Source: Mobula hypostoma (Eukaryota). Taken from it: DNA of 64,000 nucleotides. The stretch is from the NCBI RefSeq assembly GCF_963921235.1, contig NC_086108.1:25234001-25298000 (forward strand), given 5' to 3'. The notes below the pieces were generated by a model. The model searched no databases. It was not told where the DNA came from and saw only the letters and a program-made list of their open reading frames with translations. The first letter of the stretch is position 1. Each line of letters begins with the position of its first letter. This document shows positions 1 to 13,605 of this stretch, in pieces. The position numbers were made by a program, and so were the translations under genes.

Positions 1-1944
1 ATCAGAGATCCCCACCGCCCAGTCCTTTCATCATCAGAGATCCCCACCGCCCAGGCCACCCATCATCAGAGATCCCCACCGCCCAGGCCTTTCATCATCA
101 GAGATCCCCACCGCCCAGGCCACCCATCAGCAGAGATCCCCACCACCCAGGTCTTTCATCATCAGAGATCCTCACCACCCAGGCCTTTCATCATCAGAGA
201 TCCCTACCGCCCAGACCACCTATCATCAGAGATCCCCACCGCACAGACCATCCATCATCAGAGATCCCCACCGCCCAGACCACCCATCATCAGAGATCCC
301 CACTACCCAGGCCATCCATCATCAGAGATCCCCACCACCCAGGCCACCCATCATCAGAGATCCTCACCACCCAAGCCACCCATCATCAGAGATCCCCACC
401 GCCCAGGCCATCCATCATCAGAGATCCCTACCGCCCAGGCCACCCATCATCAGAGATCCCCACTACCCAGGCCTTTCATCATCAGAGATCCCCACCGCCC
501 AGGCCATCCATCATCAGAGATCCTCACCACCCAGGCCTTTCATCATCAGAGATCCCCACCGCCCAGGCCACCCATCATCAGAGATCCCCACCGCCCAGGC
601 CTTTCATCATCAGAGATCCCCACCGCCCAGACCATCCATCATCAGAGATCCTCACCACCCAGGCCTTTCATCATCAGAGATCCCCACCGCCCAGGCCACC
701 CATCATCAGAGATCCCCACCGCCCAGGCCTTTCATCATCAGAGATCCCCACCACCCAGGCCTTTCATCATCAGAGATCCTCACCACCCAGGCCTTTCATC
801 ATCAGAGATCCCCACCGCCCAGGCCATCCATCATCAGAGATCCCCACCGCCCAGACCATCCATCATCAGAGATCCTCACCACCCAGGCCACCCATTATCA
901 GAGATCCCCACCACCCAGGCCTTTCATCATCAGAGATCCCCACCGCCCAGTCCTTTCATCATCAGAGATCCCCACCACCCAGGCCACCCATCATCAGAGA
1001 TCCCCACCGCCCAGGCCTTTCATCATCAGAGATCCCCACCACCCAGGCCACCCATCATCAGAGATCCTCACCACCCAAGCCACCCATCATCAGAGATCCC
1101 CACCGCCCAGGCCATCCATCATCAGAGATCCCCATCGCCCAGGCCACCCATCATCAGAGATCCCCACGTCCAGGCCACCCATCATCAGAGATCCCCACCA
1201 CCCAGGCCTTTCATCATCAGAGATCACAACCGCCCAGTCCTTTCATCATCAGAGATCGCCACCGCCCAGGCCACCCATCATCAGAGATCCCCACCGCCCA
1301 GGCCACCCATCATCAGAGATCCCCACCGCCCAGGCCATGCATCATCATAGATCCCCACTACCCAGGCCATCCATCATCAGAGATCCTCACCAGCCAGGCC
1401 ATCCATCATCAGAGATCCTCACCTCCCAGGCCATGCATCATCATAGATCCCCACCACCCAGGCCAACCATCATCAGAGATCCTCACCACCCAGGCCACCC
1501 ATCATCAGAGATCCCCACAACCCAGGCCACCCATCATCAGAGATCCCCACAACCCAAGCCACCCATCATCAGAGATCCTCACCACCCAGGCCACCCATCA
1601 TCAGAGATCCTCACCACCCAGGCCATGCATCATCAGAAATCCCCACCGCCCAGGCCATCCATCATCAGAGATCCCCCCCACCCAGGCCATCTATCATCAG
1701 AGATCCCCACTGCCAGACCATCCATCATCAGAGATCCTCACCGCCCAGACCATCCATCATCAGAGATCCCCACCGCCCAGGCCACTCATCATCAGAGATC
1801 CCCACCGCCCAGGCCACCCATCATCAGAGATCCCCACCGCCCAGGCCTTTCATCATCAGAGATCCCCACCACCCAGGCCATCCATCATCAGAGATCCCCA
1901 CCCCCCAGGCCATCCATCATCAGAGATCTCCACCACCCAGGCCA
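1..1944 (+). repeat. 32-bp minisatellite (~60 units in window, runs off the left edge), unit ~ATCAGAGATCCCCACCGCCCAGGCCA(C/T)CCATC
   Basis: ATCAGAGATC recurs at 1, 33, 65, ... with no spacers. Variant units (GGCCACC, GGCCTTT, AGACCATC, GGCCATGC) are interspersed. Confidence 0.97.
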
Positions 1945-2339
1945 TGCTCTGTTCTCACTGCTGCCATCAGGGAGAAGGTACTAGAGTCTCAGGGGTCGCA
2001 CCACCAGGTTCAGGACATTTATTACCCCTCAACCATTAGGCTTTTGAACAAAAAGGGATAACTACACTCCTTTGCCCCATCATTGAGATGTTTCCCACAA
2101 CCAATGATCTCATTTTAAGGACTCTTTATGTCATGGTCTCATTATTTATTGCTACTTACTTATATTTGCATTTGCACAGTTTGTTGTCCTCTGTAATCTC
2201 GTTGATTTTTTCATCAATCCTGTTATAGTTATTAGCCTATAGATTTGCTGAGTATGCCCACAGGAAAAAGAATTTCAGGGTTGCATATGGTAACTTTTAT
2301 GTACTTTGATAATAAAATTTACTTCAAACATTGAACTTT
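1945..2339 (+). mobile_element. 3' end of Rex1/Babar-clade LINE, contiguous with the minisatellite
   Basis: Encodes ...PGHALFSLLPSGRRY, followed by a 3' UTR ending AATAAAATTTACTT...TTGAACTTT. The same segment occurs at ~36720-37188 and ~53540-53946. Confidence 0.85.
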
Positions 2340-4010
2340 CAAATCCAGATTTCAGGAACTAGAAATGGGACTAATCAACTTCTGATTGGGAAATCGCATA
2401 TGACTTTGATAGGGAGAAAAAGAAAAATGGATGTAAGAGAAGGAACATCACAACTTGGGGATTTATCTAAATTATGGTATAAAAAGAGCACGTAATATTA
2501 TGATGGCCAATATCTCATCTTGTGAGTGCCAGTATTGTCTTATCTTTGGGGTGTCTTAGTGAGACAATGCATGATGCAGAGCGGAATAGGATATTTCACC
2601 ACAAACAACTTGAAGGCAGTGAAACATTTCAACATGCTTTACAGAAACATAATTAGAAATAAATAATGACAGAAGCAAAGGAGAGCTAAAAAAAAATGTC
2701 CAAGGGCTTGCACAAGCTGTTAGACATCAGAGGATGAAGCTGGGAAATTGATAGGATAAGTTTCAGAACATTAGATCATGATATGGAGACCTAACTGCCA
2801 ATAAAGTCCAGAGTAACTCAAGGATGCTCAAGAGTCCAGGTTTGGAGGAATGCGGAGGTTTTCCTCAAAGCAGCACAGTTAGCAATTACTGTCTCACAAC
2901 AAGCACATGTGCAGCTGGCAGATTCTCTATGACCACGTAGGTTTCCTTCAGTTGTCCAAGTTTCCTCTGAAAGATGTGCTGATGATTTAACAGGCTGCTG
3001 TAAATTACTGTTTCACTTAAATAGATAATAGAAGAGATAGGGAGGAGATGGGGAACTGGAGAGAAAAGATAGAGGTTGCAGCGAGACAAATGGGGTAATA
3101 AGACCAGTGAGAAATATGCGAAGACCAGCACTGAGCAGCTGGATTGAATGGCCTCCGATCAGGTGAAAAATGTAATACAAAATCTTAGATAGTTGTGGCA
3201 CTTGTTAGAGCAGGAAGAGCTTAAAAACAAAAAGAGGGGAAACATTTTAGATCTGCAGTCTTGATGAACAGGTGACCAAAATGAATCAATGAGTACATTT
3301 GGCAGAAAAAGTAATCTTGGTTTATGATGAAATGCAGATTTTTAGATAAACCTAATGAGCAAAAACTGAAAGATTGCCTAGGCATTACTTGAATAGTCAA
3401 GTCTACATGGTCAAAATGTGTTGAATGTGGGTTCTGAAGTAGATGGGAAGAGGCAGGAACAGAAGTATTATCGATAGAAAGCATGTGTGGTCAGAAAGCA
3501 TAGCTCACGCTCGCACAGTAGCCAGAGTAACTGATTGTGTTTGTGGTAAAGTTTGAAGACATTGGAAGTATAACTTGATTAACAAGTTTTCTATTCTGGA
3601 TCCCTCCATCGCCATCTCAGGAGATGAACTAGCTATAAACATTGATATATACCTATAGACTCCCACGGCCATCTTGACTACAATCCCCCACCTTACTTGC
3701 AACTAAAATCTAACGTTTTTCTCTCTTCACTAGTTGTCAGGCAGGCTCTTAAACTATTCTCTTTTCACAGATGCTGTCTGACCTACTGAATGTTTTCAGC
3801 AATTCTTATCAATATGACTGGACATTGGAAGTTGGCTTCACTATGTTTTATTGAAATAAATAGTTAGTTGTCTCATACAGGATGACAGCCACAAAAGAGA
3901 GACAGTTGAATCTTGAGACATAAAATTGCATAATCTCATGTCCTGTTAACAGGTCAGTGTAAATGATGGGCAACATGTAAATAAGAATTAGGAGGGGCTT
4001 TTGAAGATTC

Positions 4011-4390
4011 CTGGGTGGCTAGGTGGAGATATGTCTCTACTAAAGGAGATGTAAGATACTCCTTCCCTCTACTAGCCTGCAGGTCACCCTTGGGCAAGGC
4101 GTAGCACCAAGTTAGCCCCCTGATCAGGATCATGTGAAGCCATGGGAACAGGTGGCGGATGGTCATATGAGCAGCTAGTGTATATCGTGTCCAATTTATG
4201 CTACCACTGATGCCAGGCAGACAATCTCTGAAGAGTATTGATAATGGCTGGAGCCATTATCTTGTAAAGACACTGCCCAGAAGAAGGCAATGGCAAATCA
4301 CTTCATAGAACTATTAGCCAAGAACAATCATGGTCATGGAAAGACCATGATCAGGCATGTCATACAGCATGCACAAAACAAATGAATGAA
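4011..4390 (+). mobile_element. RTE-related SINE-like non-autonomous repeat
   Basis: A second copy lies in reverse at ~40210-40595. Contains AGAAGGCAATGGCAAA, a motif seen in RTE/BovB-associated SINEs, and ends in an (AATG)-type tail. Confidence 0.55.
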
Positions 4391-6822
4391 TATTGAAGAT
4401 TCCACAGGTATCAATGAGGAAATAGACGGCTCCCCAGATATGACTAGAAAGATGATAACATTTGGTTTAGGTGGCTACAGTCAATGGTCTAGGATGTTAG
4501 TGCAGTCAATCACTCATATGACTCAAGAGGGATGAGAAGTCTGTGTACCTGTTTATGCTGCAGACAAGGGTGATACTTTATGCATATTAAGAGGACCATT
4601 TCAATGCAAGGCAAGTCAGAACAAAACTGGCTGGAGATGTAGGAAAGATAGACATAGTCAAAGCAGAGAAAAAGATGTGAAGAACAGGGCAATGAAAGAT
4701 GCAGAAAAGGCTGTTTCTGGGTACTTTGAAGACATGGGTTCTGATGAAGATGGCAGATCTCAAAAGGACTTTATAATCACTCAGCTACTTTTGCTTCTGT
4801 TGTATCTGCTCATTCATTCAACTAGCATTGTTTTCATTTTGATGCCATAAAACCAGTCTCTAACTTCGGTTGTTAATGCAAGATTGTTTCAAAGGTAGAG
4901 AAAATCCGAAGACAAGATGACTGATTTAATTGACCACTTGAGACCTGGTCAAAATGGATGGAACAATTCCACACTTCATCAATCCAGATAATTAACTGGT
5001 GAATAAATTGTCCTCATTTATTACAGTAAAACAGAATTTTTAAAAAAAATGGAATATCAGTTGAGGAAAACCAGTTTAATCATCAAACTCATTTTGACAG
5101 AAAGCAATTATCCAATGAGAAATATTAATTTAGTCTTGAAAGCTTCCAGAGATTTTACCTCAACATGTCTACCTACTCTGAAACTTATTTTTATTTATAC
5201 GGTAGTTACTCTGTGCAAGAAGTTACTTCCTTTCCTGTCCAGAATTTTGTCATGTTGCACCTCTGCCCTCTTGGCTTAACTTTGACAAAAGATTAATGTT
5301 TTTTATTCTACTTCGTACCTTATATATTGCTTATAAGATCAGTAGTCATTCCTCAGATTCTGAGCCTTGGATGAAATCTTCCAAACATTTCTCTCAAGTC
5401 ACATTTATAACACTGCATCTGTCTTCCTTTGAAACTGACATTTACTTCTGCTTAAACCACCTGCATGAACGTGGTACTGGCTCAGCAAGGAGGTCTCAAA
5501 ATTATACCCTTGAGTTGGAGGCACAAGAGGTTGCAGATGGTGGAACATAGAGCAACGAACAATTTACAGCAAGAACTCAGTGGACCAAGCAATAGGTACG
5601 GGGGAAGGAATTGTTGATACTCTGAATCAAAAAGCTGCATCAGAATGTAACTTGCATATATATTTAATTTGTCTGGATAGCTTATGCATGCCTCTTAGTA
5701 AAGAACATGTGTACATACTGTTCATGATACAGTTTCTGATTCTGTTTTAGTTGTACCTGGATGAATGGTAACATTCTGTAGGAATCCTGGCCAACTGCAT
5801 AGTTATTAATTCATAAAGTTCCAGGTGACTAATTTGTGATAGCCCAAGATAATGTGAGAAAGGGTCGCATTGCAAGGTTGATTGACACCTGGCATAGTTA
5901 TGATTCTCTGGTAACATTGACACTTACGGTGTGGAAATAAGTAATTTGTCTATCATATTTATTCCAGTCAATGAAGTCAAGTTAGCCCAGCTTTCACAGG
6001 CTAGTATGTAATGGACCTACCAAATATTTCATAAATGCATTGAAAGTTTCTGCTTCTAAACTTTGAGGTTGTAATTCCCAACTCCTATCTTACATGCAGA
6101 ATGTTTTTGTTCCTCACATCCCTATATTTTCTGAAATTACCTTATATAAATTAAAACAAAACATTGTGCTAAGGGAAATAGAATCTTCCTTTGCAATAGA
6201 CAGTCTGCTAGAGGAAAGGGATTGTTAATGATTTGGGTCAAGCCTCTGCATCAGGGTTAGATATGGGATCTGATGCAGTGTTTTGACTCAAACCATTGAT
6301 ACTCTCTCTTAAAATTAACAGAAGTCCTTCACCCCCGAGATCCTTATTCTTTGTAGACTTGATCAACTTTGAAAAACTTTAGAAACCACCTAAAACTTGC
6401 AGAATCACAGCAGCAGCCAATTAGTACTGCTGTCTTGCAGCTCCCAGAATTCAGATTTGATCCAGATATCTGGTGCTGTCTGTGCATACTTTGCAATGCT
6501 TATGGAATGTGAGAGAATGCTCTGTAAGCCATCATAGACTCCATGGGCCAAATTATTTATCTCATTATGACTATGTAGTAGGAAATTAAAACAGCAAACT
6601 ATCTGCAAGTAACTAACAAAGCTTCCGTTTTGCACTTGGAGTATCTTTTTCTGCTGCTGAATATATGTTCAAGTGAATGAGGTCAGAAGAGGCCATTAGT
6701 TGAGTCACTCAACCCCGACAGAATAGTCCTGGTCTCTGATCATCATTCCAATGATGAAAACCACAGTCTTCCAGGACTGCAATCATCCAGAAAGCTCCAT
6801 CTGGAGGTCTGCCAGATCCCTC

Positions 6823-7506
6823 TCAAAGTTCAAACTAAATTTATTATCAAAGTACATATATGTTTGCGAAGAAAAAGGATTTCAGGATGTATATTGTATA
6901 CAATCTGACATTAAATGTACCTATTGATATACTAGTCTGAGATTCACCTACTTGTGGGCATCCACAGTAAATACAAAGAAGCGCTATAGAATCATTGAAA
7001 AACCAGACACAAGGTGGACAAACAACCAACATGCAAAATACGACAAACTGTGCACATACCAAAAGAAAAAAAAAATATCGAGAACATAAGTTATAGAGTT
7101 CCTGAATGAGAGTCAATAGTTTGTGGAACCAGTTCAGTGTTGGGGTGAGAGAAGCAGAGTGAAGTTATCCTCTCTGGATCAAGAGCCTGATGACTGAGGG
7201 GGAATAACTGTTCCTGAACATGGTATTGAATGACCTGAGGCTCCTGCACCTCCCTCCTGATGGTAGCAGCGTGAAGAGAGCATAGCCTGGATGGTGAGGG
7301 TCTTTGATGATTGATGCTGCTTTCCTGTGACAGCACTCTGTATAAATGTGCTCTGTGGAAGGGAGAGCTTTACCCGTGATGGACTATCCATTACTTTTCA
7401 TAGGATTTTGCTATCAAGGGTGTTGGTGCTTCATACCAGGCTGTGATTCAACCAGTCAGTATGCTCTGGCATGCCAAATCTTTGCAGACTTCTCAGAAAG
7501 TTGAGA
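6823..7506 (-). mobile_element. Rex1/Babar LINE 3' fragment
   Basis: Reverse complement of the AATAAATTT...TTGAACTTTGA tail and of the KAASIIKDPHH-type coding segment. Confidence 0.8.
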
Positions 7507-7879
7507 CTTGCATGCTGACTGTTACATCTACCATGAACACAGGTCTTGTGTAAACATGGCCATTCACCCCTCCCCCACTTCAAAAATGTTCCATGTCGTC
7601 TTTGTTGCTTTTCAATATTATTACCATATCCCAGTGTTGTCAGCTTTAATGCGGAATTATATGTCACACCTCTCTGGTTTCACTCAGCCTTTAAAAGGAT
7701 AAATGCACTAGCTCATTCTGGGAGTATGTGCCTTAATTCCAAGTAGTCCAATTTCAAATTAGGATGATGTAAAGGATATTGAACCGGGCACCCAGGCAAG
7801 AGTATCACAAACTTGATTCACTCAACCTTCCTCTCTTCTAAATTGCAATTACCAAAACGTTCACAGTCTGCTGCAAGAT

Positions 7880-8512
7880 TTTCAGATTCAGATTGATTTA
7901 TCACATGTACGTGGAAACATAGTGAAACTCATCATTTCCATTAACAACCAACACACCTAAGGATTGCTGGGGACAGCCCGCAAGTGTCGCTACATATTCG
8001 GGTGCCAACATAGCATGCCCACTGTGCTTGGCTGAACAACACAGAGCACAACAGCAAAATAAGCTCCTTTCCTCCCTCTCACATAGACAGTCTTCCAGCT
8101 CCAGGACAGTCCTCCAGCATTCAGTCTCCAGCTTTCATGCTTCAACTTCAAATCAACCTTTAGTATTGACCCTCAGAGTAGCCAACGATGGGACTGCAAA
8201 CTCTAGAATCAATCTTCGGGACAGCAACTGATAGACCCTTATGCTTCCTGCTTGCACAGACATCTAAACTTGAGACCCACCAACCTGGGACAGGCCAGCA
8301 TCCATGGATGTCCTTCATCATTAGACCATGTCGCTGGACTTGGACTGTGGAGTGGAAGCCTGACCTCTCACTCCTCCACATCCCTGTCCCTAAACCCTAA
8401 CTTGACCCTTAAGTCTCTTCTTTGTCTACAAAACTATCCCTACAAACATCAATAAACAAGTAAGTCTTAGCTACGATCTTGAAGACTGCAGCTCAGTGCA
8501 ATCTTGACCTAA
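7880..8512 (-). mobile_element. Probable non-autonomous Rex1-tailed repeat (degenerate)
   Basis: On the minus strand it ends ATAAATCAATCTGAATCTGAA and begins GTCAAGATTGCA, similar to the CAAGATGGCG 5' ends at ~15644 and ~34045. Confidence 0.4.
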
Positions 8513-8699
8513 AGTCAAGACGCTTTTGTTGAAAATAAATTTACATTAGTTTCTCATATGATGGCACCTAACTTGGGAATTATATTGAAGGGAAGAATTG
8601 TTTCTCATATCAGGCTACAGAATATTTTGCTCAATATTCCAGTTATGATAAGAGGTTCTTCAAAGTTTTAAAGGTACTTAAGAGCAAGGGACTTAAGAA

Positions 8700-11269
8700 A
8701 TCTGATTCTTTCACCAGACAGCCGATACTTCCCTGTGAAATAAAATGCATCAACAAATAATTCAACAGCATCCCTGAGTGAAGTTATTTCTGTACGATAC
8801 ACACCCGATTCTGAGGAATCATCCTCAGGGGATTGTTCAGGTGTAGTTGCAACACCCAAGCGAGTTGAAATCCCCTCAGTCTACAAGAATTTTGAAGGGG
8901 TCTTCAGCAAGGGAAAAGCCTCGACTCTTCCACCACACTGACCCTACAACTGTGCAATTGATTACTGTCTGATACTTGTCCTCCATGGAATTGATTGTAA
9001 GCACTCTCAGGCCCGGAGAGATGTGCTATATAAAAGAGGCACTTGTAATGGGATTCATTTGGCTCTCCATCTGTGCAGACTTCTTCTTTGTACAGAAACA
9101 GGACGGGAGCCTGCAGCCATGTCTTGATTATAGAGGCCTGAATGACATAATGGCCAAGAATTTGTTACCCCCTTCCTCTCATGAACACAACCTTCAAGAT
9201 TCTCAGAGGGGCAAGAATATCCTCAAAGCTAGACTTGTGGAGTGCATGCTATCTGCCCTGCATTAGGAAGGGTGAAGAAAGGAATACTGCATTCAACGCA
9301 CTGACAAGGTACTATAAACACCTGGTCATGCTCTTCGGCCTTGCTAATACACCAGCAGTTTTCTTGGTCTTCATAAATAATATGCTCCGGGATGCTTTCT
9401 ATGATTATGCATTGTCTACTTGGACAGCATCTTAATTTTCTTAAAGTCCATGGAGTAGCACATCACTCATGTCAGAGGTATTTCAAAGAGGCTTTAGATC
9501 ATTAACTTTACGTCAAGCTGGAAAAATCTAAATTTCATGTGACCACAGTTTCATTTTTGGGTTTTATAATCTCCAGTGGCAATCTCAAGATGAATCCTAC
9601 TAAGACAGGCAGAGAATGGCCACAACCATCCAGTATGAAACAAGAACAACAATTTGCCAATGGGGATTTGTCAACTTTTACAGAAAGTTCAACAGAAATT
9701 CAGCTCAGTTGCAGCTCGTATGGTCTAAAAGATCCAAGGGCCCTTTTGTTTGGACGATGGAAGCAGAGGATGCTTTTGCAGAACTCAAACGGCGGTCTCG
9801 CCTAACCTAATTCTTTCCTTCGTCATGGAGGTGGGCATCCTAAACATTGGAGGGGGTACAGTTTTGTCTCAATAGACACCCTCAGACAATAAGCTGCGCT
9901 CGTGTATGTTCTTCTCCAGGTATCTATCCCCATCGGAGGTGAACTATGATATTGGGATATAGAGCTGCTAGTGTTTAAATTGGCATGGAAGAGTGGTATC
10001 ACTGGTTTGAGGGGTCAAGAACCCTTTTATTGTGTGGACAGACCACAAAAACCTGGCATACTCAGGAGGCCAAAAGACTGAATTCCACACGGGCCAGGTG
10101 ATCACTCTTCTTTAACTGATTCAATTTTGTTCTGACCATTTTACCAGCGTCAAAAACTTGATACCTTGTCTTGACAGTTTGACAATCCTAAATAAAAGAG
10201 AAACAGCCTACCACCATTTTGCCCCAAGCTACGATGATTACGCACATTCGCTGGGGAACCGACATGCTTGCTCGCGAGACCCACCCAGGCACAAAGGGAG
10301 ATTCCCAAGACAGTCCTCCGGATTGCCTGTTTGTCCCAAGTTCTGTCAGATCTAAGGTTCTTCAAAGGGAACAGGCATCCAGAATGACCAGTAACTCCGG
10401 GGCTGCCAGAACTCTTAAGTTCACTGAGATGAGATACTGGTGGCCTGGAATATGTAGAGAACTCCAACAATATATGCAAGCATGTGAGACATACACCCAG
10501 AGCAAGGAGCCCTGCATCCAACCTCAGGGGCTCCTCACCTTCTACCTGTTCCAGGCAGACGATGGGTGCACATCTGCAGGACTTACTCAGTCTCCATGGG
10601 TTTTCTGCTTTCGAAGGTGAAGACCATCATCATGGTGATTATGGATTGCTCCTCGAAAGCCTGTAAATTAAAGGTGTTGGACAAACTACTGCCAGATTCA
10701 TTTATGGAGAACAGGTTTTCACCGTAAAGAGAATTCTAGATTCATGAACTGTTTGAGGTTCAACAATGCCTCATTAACTGGACATGGTTCGCACCCATGG
10801 AACAGTGTTGGTTTCCACCCTGGAAACATCCTGGACCTGGCTCGCATCTACAATTATCATCAAAGTCATTCCAAGCGGCTAGGGTCATCAGGAGTCAGCC
10901 GTAGGGAATGGGGTCCTGTTACTATATGCACCTGACCACACCAGTTCCTGGGGTTTAGACACTCTATTTCTCTGGAGTTTGAAAAGCTGGTGTGGCCTCT
11001 TTACAGATTTAAGTCTGCTCCGATAATTGCCGACCATATTATGGCTCCAGGATTTTAACATCTAAAAAGCACCTGAACTCGCTGCTCAATCATCAGCTGA
11101 ATTTTAGTTCAGTCTGCAATTGCATTTTGGATTACTGTCATTTGGATTCTTGTCTAGCATCTAGTCAAGAACTCTGTTCTCGTCTCAATCTCAAAATAGT
11201 GTCTCACGTCTAGTTTCAGATATTCCAGCACTTGGGTCCTTACCATCCTTGCCCAGGCCTCTCGTCACA
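8700..11269 (+). mobile_element. Degenerate Ty3/Gypsy chromovirus-type LTR retrotransposon (pol remnant plus 3' LTR; 5' part missing)
   Basis: RT motifs [53 protein letters not shown]. RNase H VWTDHKNL. Integrase zinc region RYWWPGICRELQQYMQACETY. Chromodomain-like LINW...QCW...NILD. Many stops and frameshifts. Confidence 0.9.
10917..11269 (+). mobile_element. Putative 3' LTR of the Gypsy element
   Basis: Purine-rich PPT-like AGGGAATGGGG just before TGTTA at 10917; ends TCACA at 11269. Confidence 0.55.
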
Positions 11270-11814
11270 ATTTCTAAGACTTGCTTTATCTTTCTCTCAT
11301 TTTCTTATGCTGGCATTTTGACATCAGTGGAAAATCCGCCTGACACGAATCAGAGTGAGTAAATGAAGCCCATATCCCTGTCTTGATTCCAGTGGCAAGG
11401 CAACTAACATGCTCTTTCTTCCAAAGTCTTAGCAATTGATTTCCTTCAGATTGTTGCTCATTAACAGTGTGAGCTTCCTCTCGACACTTCTTACATAACC
11501 TGCATCAATTTGTATTGATTTCACTTCCAAGTGCAACATGATTCCATCTACTTCCCCCAAGCTACACTAATCCTCCTACTCTCTCCAATGTTTTACTTTT
11601 CATGGGTTCCGAAAGCAAGCTGAAGCTCTTTGCTGATATGTGCCTCTCCTTACGGACAGGTCCCATTAAGTTCCAGGGAAGAAACACGAGCAGAAAGTAG
11701 TAGTTATGATTGGCAAAAGGAATGACAAAAGCTGCAATCACCACTGTTCCACAAAGTACCTAACAATTCACTTCAGAATCAAAAGTACAATTGCAACGTG
11801 AATCAAGGAGAACA

Positions 11815-12075
11815 GCTCTAGCAACATGGATTCAATCATGACCTCTGATGCTGTCTGTGTGGAGTTTGTACAATCCTCCTGTGAATTTCTAGGTTTCCCC
11901 GGGTACTCCAGCGTCACCATACATTCCAAGATGGTGCTGGTTTAATAGGTTAATTTGTGACCAGTGTTGGGGGATGGATGATTGAGACTGGGTTGCAGAG
12001 AAGTGAGTGGGAAATGGGATTGATAGGGCAACTCTAAGAGCTGGGAAAGACTCGATGGGCTAAATGGTCTCCATG
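11815..12075 (+). mobile_element. V-SINE-type tRNA SINE (degenerate)
   Basis: V-domain-like GTCTGTGTGGAGTTTGTAC...GGTTTCCCCGGGTACTCCAG...CATTCCAAGA, followed by a CR1-like tail. Confidence 0.6.
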
Positions 12076-13105
12076 GGTATGGAAAATGAGGTACTAGATT
12101 ATATTAAGCATTGTAATTAACATAACAGACGAAGGAAGCAATATAAACATACAGTGTGCCAAATGGAAATGCTTTTGGCTCAAGGCATTACACACAGGGA
12201 AATGTGAGCTAATGCAAATTACACGCAGAAATAAAGGAGTGCAGAATTTCAAAGCCTGACATGGGTTGAGTGTGAAACAGTGGGATTAGAGGTACCTTAG
12301 CATCTGTTATTGGAGATATGGACTTTGCCATTACCTAAGCAAAGAACCAAAGATCACAGCTTCAGAGTTAAACAGCACTCAGTCATGTTGGCATAAATTC
12401 TACACTTGGCTTACACCATTACGAGAATGAAAGTATATGAATGTAGTACAGGAACATGGCATTAAAGTGAAAAAAAAACAGCCATAATCTTTTGAAAGGT
12501 AGGGAAGGCACAAGAGGATTAATAAATTCCTTTGCTTCTATTCCTTATGTTCACAATAAATTGCAATATCTTAGAACTGCCAGAAGCAGCAGTCTGCTGG
12601 AGAATGGGTTGAGCAAAATTGTAGGTGTAAAGGATGTCTGCGTATAGGGTTTTGACTCAATACACTGACAACTCCTGCCTCCACATCACCCCACACAGAC
12701 TTTCCTGGACCCATTGAATCCTCCAACAGATTGTTTGTTTCCCCACATTCCTCCATCTGCAGACTCTTGCAACTCCATCTTAAAACTGCTACTACTCATT
12801 CATGTCCTGTAAATTCTTTCTGCAACAGCCTGAAAACCCAGGAGACTGAAAGCCTTGTGGATGAGAATGCCAAAGGATCTGAGCTCCAAGAGTTCTCCAT
12901 CCCATGAGTTGCAGAAATCCTGTACCAGTTCAGACTGTCACACCTAGCTGGCTCGGATAGGGATTTACGCACAGTAAACAGAAGGAGCTTCTGTTTTTTT
13001 TAAACAGAGTGGCACATACGGCCAGTGGTGGTAGTGGAAGAAGATACAATAGAGGCATTCAAGCAGCTTTTAGATAGATACATCAATACACAGGGAATGT
13101 AGTGA

Positions 13106-13605
13106 TACAGAGTGCTGTGCAAAAGTCTTAGGCACAAATATATAGCTAGGATGCCTGAGACGTTTGCACTACTGTATTTGTCAAAATGGAGCAGAAACTA
13201 AGTTTGTAAATCTGGCCGGAGCAAAGAATGTTGGGAATGGTGAGGGTGGAGCACCGCGGGAGTGCTGTGGGACAGGTGGCAGACAAAGAGTGCCAGAGAT
13301 GGCGGGGGGATGGTAATAGGGTCACTAGTGCAGACACATCCAGCCCCAAAACACCAGGCAAGGTAATTTGATTCCTAACAATTGGTTTATTGATCATTAA
13401 TGTCTCTCTGGTACTTTCCAATCTCTCCCCTCTCCCTTCCCCTTTTCCCAACTATGATTCCCCTCTCCCTGCCCCTTTCCCACTCTCAGTCCAGAATATG
13501 GACCCATATCAGAATCAGGTTTATCATCACTCACATGTCATGAAATTTGTTTATATTTGTGGCAGCAGTACAGTGCAATATATACAATTATTACAGTACT
13601 GTGCA
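13106..13605. mobile_element. Composite repeat: Tc1/mariner-like TIR hairpin, internal sequence and reversed Rex1-type tail, inside a CR1 3' relic
   Basis: TACAGAGTGCTGTGCAAAAGTCTTAGGCAC...ATGCCTGAGACGTTTGCACTACTGTA forms a ~70-bp hairpin (13106-13176). TACAGTACTGTGCA recurs at 13592-13605. ATCAGAATCAGGTTTAT (~13508) is the reverse of the tail at ~52630-52655. Confidence 0.5.

Noticed and set aside
1..1944. CRISPR array
   Set aside because: Units are directly tandem with no unique spacers, the context is a vertebrate intron, and the unit derives from a LINE.
1337..1984. 215-aa His/Pro-rich protein
   Set aside because: A by-product of a 32-bp repeat cycling through three frames; it ends in Rex1 sequence and has no gene structure.
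5520..6305. Additional hammerheads in older PLE-like remnants (also ~3600-3800, ~12570-12775, ~27380-27460)
   Set aside because: Too decayed (e.g. CTGATGCAG...AAACC) to call as ribozymes or to bound reliably.
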